A stretch of DNA of 64,000 nt. Source: Candidatus Eiseniibacteriota bacterium (GTDB lineage Bacteria; Eisenbacteria; RBG-16-71-46). The translations under genes and the position numbers were made by a program. A model generated the notes under the pieces. It had not been told where the DNA came from and did not search any database. It saw only the letters and a list, made by a program, of their open reading frames with translations. The stretch spans positions 96,001 to 160,000 of the forward strand of contig CAVUWA010000009.1 of assembly GCA_963744995.1 (NCBI GenBank), given 5' to 3'. The number at the start of each line of letters is the position of its first letter. Position 1 is the stretch's first letter. Shown one piece after another: positions 29,995-38,325 of this stretch.

Positions 29995-32106
29995 ATGAAC
30001 AGGGGACGGGCTCTCATGGCCGGCGCCCTTGCGCTGGTTCTGCTCGGGATCGCCGCGCCCGCCGCTGCGCGGCCGGGCGCCTCCGCGATCGGCGATCCGG
30101 GCGTCCGCCTGGTGGACGTCGGCGCGGCGCGCGGCATCCGCGGCTACCGCAACGCGGACGGTTTCGGCTCCGGGCTCGCTGCCGCCGATTTCGACGGTGA
30201 CGGCGACGTGGACGTCTACGTGCCGCAGGCCGGCGGACGCGACGACCAGCTCTACATCAACGACGGCCACGGCGTCTTCACCGAGGCGGCGTCAGCGTAC
30301 GGCCTCGCCCGCTCAGGTTCCTCGCGGGTCGCGTTGTGGTTCGACTACGACAACGACGGCGATCTCGACCTGCTGGTGATGAGCGACGACGAGAACGAGG
30401 CGTCGGCATTCCACCTCTTCCGGCAGGGAGAAGGCCGGCGCTTCGCGGAAGTCACCGCGGACGCCGGGCTCATGCGGTCCGCCACGATCATCCTGAGCCC
30501 GCTCCACTGGGGCGGCATCTGCGCCGGCGACATCAACAACGACGGCTTTCTCGATTTCTATACCGCGCAGTGGGGCGGACCGGCCTATCTGTTCCTGAAC
30601 GACGGTGACGGCACGTTCACCGACATCAGCGCATCGAGCGGCGTGTCGGCCGACTGGCCGGAGCGCCACCAGCCGGTCATGTACGACTTCGACGGCGACG
30701 GCTGGACCGACATCTTCGTCGCCGTGGACTTCAACCCGAACGAGCTGTGGCTCAACCAGCACGACAACACGTTCGTCAACGTGGCGCCGGAAGTGGGGCT
30801 GGACAATTCGATGAACGACATGGCCGTCACGCTGGGCGACTACGACGGCGACGGCGACTTCGACATCTACATCACCAACGTGTTCGTGAACGGCAAGTAC
30901 AACGTGCTCCACCGCAACGACTCCGAGCCCGGCATGATGCGGTTCACCGAAGTGGCGCGCGAGATGGGGGTCGACAACGGCCGCTTCGGCTGGGGCGCGA
31001 CCTGGATGGACGTGGACGACGACGGGGACGTCGACCTGCCCACCAACAACGGCTACTTCCCCGCGACCTGGGCACGGGACACGTCGATGTTCTTCCTCAA
31101 CGAAGCGTCCGGTACGCAGCCCTTCGCCGAGGTCGGCGCGCTCATCGGCTACGACGATCACGAATGGGGCAGCGCGCTCGTCGCGGCGGACTACGACATG
31201 GACGGCGACCTCGACCTGATGCAGACCTGCATCCAGAGCGCGCTGACGAACGGGCGGTTGCTCTACCTCGACAACCGGCGCGGCGCACCGGCCTCGGCCA
31301 ACCACTGGCTGCTGGTGCGGCCGCGCATCGACGGTCCCAACCGCTATGCGATCGGCGCCGTGGTGCGGGCGAGCGGCGGCCCACTGCACATGATGCGGCT
31401 GATTTCGGCGGGAACCAGCTACCTGAGCCAGGAGCCGGCCGAGGCGTTCTTCGGCGCGGGCGGCGAGACGGTCCTGGACGTATCGATCGAGTGGCCGGAC
31501 GGCGTCGTATCGGAGCTGCACGGCGTGCCGGTGGACCAGGTGCTGACCGTGACCCGCCCGGCGCCGCCCGCGGTCGAGGTGACGCCGGAGGAGACGACGT
31601 TCGAGCGCGTGCGGCTGCACTGGCGGATCGAGGGCGCGGCGAACTGCGCGATCGGCGTGGAGCGGAGCCGCGCGGGCGGGAACTGGTTGCATGTCGGCGA
31701 TGTGACGAGCGACGCACTCGGCCACCTCGACTTCGAGGATGCCTCGATCGAACCCGGCGCGACCTACCGCTACCGGGTCTCGTTCCGTCTCGAGGGCACA
31801 CCGTTCCTCATGGGGGAAGTCGAGGTGCGCGTGCCCGACGCCTTCTTCTCGCTGACCGGTTCGGTGCCGAACCCGAGCCCCGCGGGGCTCCACGTCCGCT
31901 TCTCGCTCCATGACGCCTCACCCGCCGCGCTCGAGCTCTACGATCCCGGCGGGCGGATGCTCACCCGGGTCGAGGTCGGCGCGCTCGGCGCCGGCCGGCA
32001 CACGGTGGATCTCGACGCCGGCCTGGCGCTCCATCCCGGCCTCTACTGGATCCGGCTCGAGCAGGGCGGCGCCGCGCTCACGCGCAGGGCGGTGCTGCTG
32101 CCCTGA
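29995..32106 (+). CDS. Secreted FG-GAP/VCBS repeat plus ASPIC/UnbV (CRTAC1-like) protein with FN3-like and T9SS-like C-terminal domains, copy 1
   Basis: Signal peptide, repeated DxDxDGDxD motifs, NHWL..RP..NRYAIGA..SYLSQ..FFG..WPDG, and a tail PNP...LYD.GGR...PGLY.IRL. Confidence 0.88.
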   Translation: MNRGRALMAGALALVLLGIAAPAAARPGASAIGDPGVRLVDVGAARGIRGYRNADGFGSGLAAADFDGDGDVDVYVPQAGGRDDQLYINDGHGVFTEAASAYGLARSGSSRVALWFDYDNDGDLDLLVMSDDENEASAFHLFRQGEGRRFAEVTADAGLMRSATIILSPLHWGGICAGDINNDGFLDFYTAQWGGPAYLFLNDGDGTFTDISASSGVSADWPERHQPVMYDFDGDGWTDIFVAVDFNPNELWLNQHDNTFVNVAPEVGLDNSMNDMAVTLGDYDGDGDFDIYITNVFVNGKYNVLHRNDSEPGMMRFTEVAREMGVDNGRFGWGATWMDVDDDGDVDLPTNNGYFPATWARDTSMFFLNEASGTQPFAEVGALIGYDDHEWGSALVAADYDMDGDLDLMQTCIQSALTNGRLLYLDNRRGAPASANHWLLVRPRIDGPNRYAIGAVVRASGGPLHMMRLISAGTSYLSQEPAEAFFGAGGETVLDVSIEWPDGVVSELHGVPVDQVLTVTRPAPPAVEVTPEETTFERVRLHWRIEGAANCAIGVERSRAGGNWLHVGDVTSDALGHLDFEDASIEPGATYRYRVSFRLEGTPFLMGEVEVRVPDAFFSLTGSVPNPSPAGLHVRFSLHDASPAALELYDPGGRMLTRVEVGALGAGRHTVDLDAGLALHPGLYWIRLEQGGAALTRRAVLLP

Positions 32107-32153
32107 CCCGGCTCGCCGGGAGGGGGCCTGGCCCGCTCGAGCGCGCGGTTCGG

Positions 32154-32585
32154 CTAGGGCGTCACGGTGATGCTGCCGTCCATCGGGATGAACGCATGCG
32201 GGATGCAGTAGTAGGGAAAGAACCCCGTGGAGTCGAGGTGGGCGATCGAACCGGGGACGTCGATCCCGGGCCCGAACACCACCCGGAACGAGTCGCCGGG
32301 CACGACCGTGCCCGAATTCCAGAGCCCGTCGGAGGCGCACGGCACGCAAGCCCCGCTGGTCGAGGTGTGGTTGAGTCCGCTCGCGTTCACCCAGAGCACG
32401 GTGTCGCCGGCGCTCACGGTCGTGTCGTGGGGCACGAAGGTGGTCCCCACCATGTGGATCTCCACGGTGGAGTTCGCCCCGGGCGGGACGGGGTTCGGCG
32501 CGGTGGGCGGGGTCCGGCGCTTCGTGCAGGCGCCGATCAAAGCGACGGCGCAGAGCGACAGCACGACGATCGTCTTGCGGGTCAA
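32154..32585 (-). CDS. Plastocyanin/azurin-family (type-1 copper) lipoprotein
   Basis: Lipobox LIGAC, FVPHDTTVSAGDTVLWVN, NHTSTS, YYCIPHAFIPMDGSITV (His...Cys-x2-His-x4-Met). AAGGAG RBS. Confidence 0.88.
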   Translation of the reverse strand: MTRKTIVVLSLCAVALIGACTKRRTPPTAPNPVPPGANSTVEIHMVGTTFVPHDTTVSAGDTVLWVNASGLNHTSTSGACVPCASDGLWNSGTVVPGDSFRVVFGPGIDVPGSIAHLDSTGFFPYYCIPHAFIPMDGSITVTP

Positions 32586-32672
32586 ATTCCGGTCTCCTTA
32601 GCTGCCGTGGGGCGCCCGCGGCCGGGAGCTGCGGCGAGCCGCCCCGGCGCGTGACCGCGACACGAAAAAAGT

Positions 32673-32714
32673 CAGTCACAAATCTGTCAGACGGCCCGCA
32701 GGAGGTGTTAGACT
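32673..32714 (+). promoter_or_regulatory. OmpR/PhoB-type direct-repeat operator candidate plus extended -10 (TGtTAGACT)
   Basis: CAGTCAC-AAAT-CTGTCAG (11-bp period) in an AT-rich patch of the divergent intergenic region, with TAGACT 18 nt downstream. Confidence 0.5.
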
Positions 32715-32753
32715 TTCGACAAGCCGCAGCAGATCCTCATACCGGGAGAGGGA

Positions 32754-34010
32754 ATGGACACATCACTCGGGCGCCCCCCGTATCGCCTTTTGCCGCGCTC
32801 GAAGCGTTTCGCTTCACTCGTTTCCTTGTCCGTGCTTTGCGCCGCCGCCCTCTCCGGGTGCGGCAAGAGCAAAGGTGACGCCGCGGCGCCGCAGGTGAGC
32901 GGATGTCCCGACCAGTCGGGCGTGATCTGCACCTACGCCGGCGACGGGCGGGCCGGATTCCTGAAGGGCGACGGCGTGCCCCTGCTCGAGTCCAGCTTCT
33001 ACTTCCCGATGGACGTGACCGTCACCTCCACCGGCGAAGTGTACATCCTCGACTGGAACAATCATCGCGTCCGGCATGTCAAGGCCGACCATACGCTCGA
33101 GACGGTGATCGGCACGGAATACATCGGCGACGGCCCGACCGATCTCTCCGACCTCACCCCGCCCGGCGCGCCGGGCACGACGTGCAACCTGAACCACCCG
33201 ACCCATCTCGAAGAGCTGCTCGACGGCACCATGATGCTGGCCGCCTGGCACAACCACAAGCTGCGTCACTACGATCCGGCCACGGGGCTGGTGCTGGTGG
33301 TGTGCGGGTCGGCTCCCGGTTACATCGGGGACGGCGGCATGGCGATCTCCGCCGAACTCAACCAGCCGCCGTTCGTGCTGCAGGCCTCCGACGGCTCGTT
33401 GTACATCCTGGACCAGCGCAACCAGGTGGTCCGCAAGATCGACGGCATGAACGAGGACGGCACCGACATCATCACCACCGCCGTCGGCAGCGGCGTGCGC
33501 GACACCGATGGCGTCGCCTTCGGTGACGGCGGGCCGCCGCTCGAAGCACGTCTCGACCAGCCCTTCGGTTCCAATCCTTCACCTGGCGGCTCGCTGGCGA
33601 TGGACGCGCAGGGGCGGCTCTACATCTCCGACGTGCTCAACCAGCGCGTGCGCCGCGTGGACTTCACGCAGAACGTGATCGAGACGGTCGTGGGCAACGG
33701 CGTCGCCAGCTTCGGCGGCGACGGCGGACCCGGCACGCAGGCTTCCCTCAACAACCCGCGCGACCTCGAATTCGGCCCCGACGGCAGGCTTTACATCGCC
33801 GACGAGGAGAACCACCGGATCCGCGCCTGGGATCCCGCCACCGGCATCATCACCACCGTCGCCGGGAACGGCACGGCGGGCTATTCGGGCGACGGCGGAC
33901 CCGCCACCCAGGCCGCGCTCAACCGGCCTTCCGGCCTCGCCTTCGATCAGCTGGGCCGGATGTACATCGCAGATACTTTCAACAACGTCATTCGCCGGAT
34001 GCGGCTGTAG
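32754..34010 (+). CDS. NHL-repeat (teneurin-like) beta-propeller lipoprotein 1
   Basis: Lipobox LSGC, repeated GDGGPA..A.LN.P..L..D..G.LYI.D..N..IR blades. Confidence 0.88.
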   Translation: MDTSLGRPPYRLLPRSKRFASLVSLSVLCAAALSGCGKSKGDAAAPQVSGCPDQSGVICTYAGDGRAGFLKGDGVPLLESSFYFPMDVTVTSTGEVYILDWNNHRVRHVKADHTLETVIGTEYIGDGPTDLSDLTPPGAPGTTCNLNHPTHLEELLDGTMMLAAWHNHKLRHYDPATGLVLVVCGSAPGYIGDGGMAISAELNQPPFVLQASDGSLYILDQRNQVVRKIDGMNEDGTDIITTAVGSGVRDTDGVAFGDGGPPLEARLDQPFGSNPSPGGSLAMDAQGRLYISDVLNQRVRRVDFTQNVIETVVGNGVASFGGDGGPGTQASLNNPRDLEFGPDGRLYIADEENHRIRAWDPATGIITTVAGNGTAGYSGDGGPATQAALNRPSGLAFDQLGRMYIADTFNNVIRRMRL

Positions 34011-34022
34011 GAGCGTGACGCC

Positions 34023-35246
34023 ATGAAACGATCAAACGGGATTCCCGTTGTGCTTGCGTTTGCCGCGCTCTGCCTCGCGCAGACCGGCTGCGCCAGCAAG
34101 TCCTCGAGCCCGACCGCGCCCCCCGGCCCCTCGGGCCCGTACGCGACCATCGACACCTACATGGGCATCATCGGGCAGGCGGCGCTCGGCGGCGAAGGCA
34201 TCCCGCCGGACCAGTGCTACCTGTACCTGCCGCAGGACATCGTGTTCGGTCCCGACGGCCTCGCCTACGTGCTCGACTGGAACAACCACCGCGTGCGACG
34301 CGTGGGTTCCGACGGCCTGGTGCGGACGATCATCGGCAACGGGCAGCTCGGCGACGCGACCCCGGGCCCCATGCTGTCGATCAGCCTCAACCATCCGACC
34401 CACGTGTCGTTCGACCCGCAGGGAAAACTGATCCTCTCGGCCTGGCACAATTCGAAGATCATGCGCGGCGACTTCAGCACCGGCATGATGGAAGTGATCG
34501 TCGGCGACGGCCGGCGCGCTTACACCGGTGACGGCGGAACCGCCGACACGTCCGCCATCGATCTGCCGATGTCCACGGCATTCGACGCCGCGGGCAACAT
34601 GTACTTCATGGATCAGGGCAACCAGATCGTGCGCATGGTGGACAAGAACACCAACATCCTCAGCACCTACGCCGGGACGCCGCCCACGTGCGACGCGAGC
34701 GGCTGCGTCTATCACCACGGCTACACCGGCGACGGCGGGCTCGCGGTGAACGCCGAACTCGCCCAGCCGCGGACGCAGGCGGCCTACCCGGCGGGCCGCA
34801 TCGAGTTCGGACCGGATCAGGATCTCTACATCGCCGACTACGACAACAGCTGCGTGCGCAAGGTCGACCATGTGACCGGGATCATCAGCACGGTCGCGGG
34901 CACGGGCGTGCCCGGCTTCTCCGGTGACGGCGGGCCGGCGACCCAGGCCCAGCTCTACGAACCGACCGACATTGCATTCAGCCCCGCCGGCGAGCTGTTC
35001 ATCTGCGACCGGCACAACCATGTGGTCCGCAAGGTGGATGCCACCGGCGTCATCACCACGTTCGCGGGGACCGGCGGGCAGCCAGGACCGGCGAACTCGC
35101 CGTCGATCTCGCACGCCTCGATCGGTGACGGTGGTCCCCCGACGTCGGCGTTCCTCAACTATCCGGGCGGGATCACATTCGATCCTGCCGGCAATCTGTA
35201 CATCGCCGACACCAACCGCCACGTGATTCGAATCGTGCGGAAGTAG
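34023..35246 (+). CDS. NHL-repeat beta-propeller lipoprotein 2 (paralogue of the preceding gene)
   Basis: Lipobox-like QTGC, the same blade repeats, AGGAG RBS. Confidence 0.88.
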   Translation: MKRSNGIPVVLAFAALCLAQTGCASKSSSPTAPPGPSGPYATIDTYMGIIGQAALGGEGIPPDQCYLYLPQDIVFGPDGLAYVLDWNNHRVRRVGSDGLVRTIIGNGQLGDATPGPMLSISLNHPTHVSFDPQGKLILSAWHNSKIMRGDFSTGMMEVIVGDGRRAYTGDGGTADTSAIDLPMSTAFDAAGNMYFMDQGNQIVRMVDKNTNILSTYAGTPPTCDASGCVYHHGYTGDGGLAVNAELAQPRTQAAYPAGRIEFGPDQDLYIADYDNSCVRKVDHVTGIISTVAGTGVPGFSGDGGPATQAQLYEPTDIAFSPAGELFICDRHNHVVRKVDATGVITTFAGTGGQPGPANSPSISHASIGDGGPPTSAFLNYPGGITFDPAGNLYIADTNRHVIRIVRK

Positions 35247-35334
35247 GACAGCGGCGAGGCGCGCCGGCCGTCCCTTGACGGCCGGCGCCCAGCCGCCGCG
35301 TACCCATGGGGAGCGGGGGCCCCGCCATCGATCC

Positions 35335-37458
35335 ATGCCCAAAACCTCTTTCATCCGCTTCGCCGCTCTCGCGCTCGCGTGGAGCGCCGCCTGTGCCGGG
35401 GCCGCCTTCGCGCAGGATCCGACGCAGACCGATCACCCGAGCGTCAAGTACGTGGACGTCTCCGCTGAACGGGGCATCCTCACCTACCGCAATCAGGACG
35501 GGCAGGGCAGCGGCGTCGCCGCGGCCGATTTCGACGGCGACGGCGACGTCGACATCTTCGTGCCGCAGGCCAAGGGCCGGGGCCCGAGGCTCTATGTGAA
35601 CTCGGGCGAGGGCTACTTCACCGACGAGGCCGGCTCGCGCGGGCTCGGCGGCACGCGGGAGGGCCGCGTCGGACTGTTCTTCGACTACGACAACGACGGC
35701 GACCTCGATCTGCTGGTCGCCAACGACGACGACCTCGAGCCGTCCACGTTCACCCTCTATCGCCAGGACGCCGGACAGTTCACCGACGTGACGGCGGCAG
35801 CGGGACTGCTCAAGGCACCGGTCATTGAAGCCTACCCGCTCTGGTGGGGCGGGATCTGCGCCGGCGACATCAACAACGACGGTTATCTGGATTTCTACAC
35901 GTGCCAGTTCCTCGGGCCGGCGCAGCTGTTCCTCAACAACGGCGACGGCACCTTCAGCGACATCAGCGTGTCCAGCGGGATCGCGGCGCCCGACCTGTTC
36001 TGCCACCAGCCGATCATGTTCGACTTCAACGGCGACGGCTGGACCGACATCTACCAGGCCGTGGACTTCGCGCCCAACGAGCTGTGGATCAACCAGCACG
36101 ACAACACGTTCGTGGACATGGCCGCGCAGGCCGGCCTCGACAACTCCATGAACGACATGGGCGTCACGCTCGGCGACTACGACAACGACGGCGACTTCGA
36201 CATGTACATCACCAACATCTACCGGGACGGCAAGCACAACGTGCTCTACCGAAACGATTCGGTGCCGGACACGATGCGCTGCGTCGAGGTGTCGCAGGCG
36301 ATGGGCAACGCCAACGGCGGCTGGGGCTGGGGCACGACGTTCATGGATCTCGACCGCGACGGCAACGAGGACATCGTCGCCACCAACGGCTATTACAGCG
36401 GCTCATGGCCCGTCCCGGACACGACGCGGGTGTTCTGGAATCCCAACGGCGGGGCGACGCCGTTCATCTCCGAGGCGTTCTGCGTGCAGATGGACGACAC
36501 GCTGTGGGGCAGCTCGCTGGTCGCGGCGGACTTCGACCGTGACGGCGACCTCGACATCCTGCAGGTCGCCATGGCGAGCCCGACCTCGAGCGGCCAGCTC
36601 AGGCTGATGGACAACCAGGCCGGATTCCCCGCCAGCGAGAACCACTGGCTGGTGGTGAAGCCGCGTATCGACGGCCCGAACCGCTATGCCGTCGGCACTG
36701 TGGTGAAGGCCAGCGCCGCCGGCAAGAACATGATGCGGCAGATCAGCGCGGGGACGAGCTACCTCGGGCAGGAGCCCTACGAGGCGTTCTTCGGTCTCGG
36801 TCCCGGGATCCTCGTGGACGTCGAGGTCGACTGGCCGGACGGTGCCGTCACCACGCTCAACGACCAGAACGTGGACCAGGTGATCACCGTCACCCGGCCG
36901 GCGGTGATCGCACCGGCGGTGAGCGCGGCGCTGGAAGAGGTGACGCCGACGCACGCGCGGATCTCGTGGCAGGCGGACGGCGTGACCGGCACGAGCGTGA
37001 CGGTACAGCGCAGGGAGGGGGCGGGGCCGTGGGTGAGCATCGGCGATCTGGTCACCGACGCCGCAGGCGCCTGCACGTACGACGACGCGGCGGTCGTGGC
37101 CGGCCGTACCTATGCCTACCGGCTCTCGTTCACCTACAACGGCAGTCCCTTCCTGCTCGGCGAGATCCAGGTCGTGGTGCCGGCGCGCGCGCTCGCACTG
37201 GCGGGCGCGACGCCGAACCCGAGCCCCGGCGGACTGCAGGTCGCGTTCGCGCTGCCCGACGCCTCGCCGGCGACGCTCGCCCTGTACGACCTCGGCGGGC
37301 GGCTGCTGCGCTCGGTGGACGTGGGCGCGATGGGGCCGGGCGGCCACACGGTCGATCTCGGCGCCGGGCTCGATCTCGAATCGGGGCTCTATCTCATCCG
37401 CCTCTCGCAGGGCGGCAGGCACCTCACCCGCAAGGCCGCGCTGATTCTCCGTCCCTGA
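35335..37458 (+). CDS. Secreted FG-GAP plus ASPIC/UnbV (CRTAC1-like) protein with T9SS-like C-terminal domain, copy 2
   Basis: Collinear with 29995..32106 (shared WGGICAGDINNDG, NELW.NQHDNTFV, GLDNSMNDM, PRIDGPNRYA). Signal peptide ends AFA. Confidence 0.88.
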   Translation: MPKTSFIRFAALALAWSAACAGAAFAQDPTQTDHPSVKYVDVSAERGILTYRNQDGQGSGVAAADFDGDGDVDIFVPQAKGRGPRLYVNSGEGYFTDEAGSRGLGGTREGRVGLFFDYDNDGDLDLLVANDDDLEPSTFTLYRQDAGQFTDVTAAAGLLKAPVIEAYPLWWGGICAGDINNDGYLDFYTCQFLGPAQLFLNNGDGTFSDISVSSGIAAPDLFCHQPIMFDFNGDGWTDIYQAVDFAPNELWINQHDNTFVDMAAQAGLDNSMNDMGVTLGDYDNDGDFDMYITNIYRDGKHNVLYRNDSVPDTMRCVEVSQAMGNANGGWGWGTTFMDLDRDGNEDIVATNGYYSGSWPVPDTTRVFWNPNGGATPFISEAFCVQMDDTLWGSSLVAADFDRDGDLDILQVAMASPTSSGQLRLMDNQAGFPASENHWLVVKPRIDGPNRYAVGTVVKASAAGKNMMRQISAGTSYLGQEPYEAFFGLGPGILVDVEVDWPDGAVTTLNDQNVDQVITVTRPAVIAPAVSAALEEVTPTHARISWQADGVTGTSVTVQRREGAGPWVSIGDLVTDAAGACTYDDAAVVAGRTYAYRLSFTYNGSPFLLGEIQVVVPARALALAGATPNPSPGGLQVAFALPDASPATLALYDLGGRLLRSVDVGAMGPGGHTVDLGAGLDLESGLYLIRLSQGGRHLTRKAALILRP

Positions 37459-37481
37459 TTTCCCCGTAAGGAGGGAAGACC

Positions 37482-38315
37482 ATGAAACGTCACATGCGGG
37501 CACTGGGAGTTCTCGCCGTGCTCGCGCTGTCGCTCGTCTCGTGCAGCAAGACCAAGACGGTGACACTCACGACGGCTCCCCCCACCGGCGCCATGACCCT
37601 GCACCTGGATCCGACGGTCAGCGGCCAGGCGCTCGTCCTGGATGGCGGCCTCTACACCGGCCTGGACGGCGCCGGCAACGACTACAGCGTCACCAATCTG
37701 CGCTTCTTCATCTCGAACGTGCAGCTGCGCAACACGAGCGGCATGATCTACGGCGTGCACGACTACCACTATCGCGACGCCAAGATCGCTTCGACGCGCG
37801 ACTACACGTTCAGCGGCATCCCGCCCGGCACCTACGACGAGCTGAGCTTCACGTTCGGTCTCGACGACCAGTGGAACGTCTCGAACAACGGGATCAGCGC
37901 CGATCCGAACGTGGCCGGCATGGAGTGGCCGCCCAACTGGGGCGGCGGCTGGCACTACATGATCCTCGAGGGCATGCACAACTCGGCCGGCGGTGGGACC
38001 TCGTACAAGACGCACCTCGGCCGGCGCTACATCGCAGCGAGCGGCGATCCGTCGGGGCAGGGGCCGGACTCGGTCGCCTACCCACACTTCTTCCAGGTGC
38101 ACCTGGCGTTCCCTTCGCCGATCACCATCAACGGCGACCAGTGGGCCGCGAGCGTGCAGATGGAACTCAACGGCTGGTATCAGTCCCCCGTATTCGACCT
38201 CAATTCATGGTTCCCGACCGGCACCGAGGGAATCATGGTCAACCTGACGGCAGAGAGTCTCCTGCAGCAGAACGGCCCGCACTGCTTCACGATCTCCGCG
38301 CCGCAGCAGTTGTAG
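37482..38315 (+). CDS. mbnP: MbnP-family lipoprotein
   Basis: Lipobox LVSC, LRFFISNV, IPPGTYDELSFTFGL...N, GMEWPPNWGGGWHYMILEG, THLG. Directly upstream of a di-haem enzyme. Confidence 0.75.
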   Translation: MKRHMRALGVLAVLALSLVSCSKTKTVTLTTAPPTGAMTLHLDPTVSGQALVLDGGLYTGLDGAGNDYSVTNLRFFISNVQLRNTSGMIYGVHDYHYRDAKIASTRDYTFSGIPPGTYDELSFTFGLDDQWNVSNNGISADPNVAGMEWPPNWGGGWHYMILEGMHNSAGGGTSYKTHLGRRYIAASGDPSGQGPDSVAYPHFFQVHLAFPSPITINGDQWAASVQMELNGWYQSPVFDLNSWFPTGTEGIMVNLTAESLLQQNGPHCFTISAPQQL

Positions 38316-38325
38316 GCGCGGGACG

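Noticed and set aside
29995..37458. Paralogous ASPIC genes as a diversity-generating retroelement template/variable pair
   Set aside because: Similarity spans whole genes, differences are not adenine-specific, and no reverse transcriptase is present.
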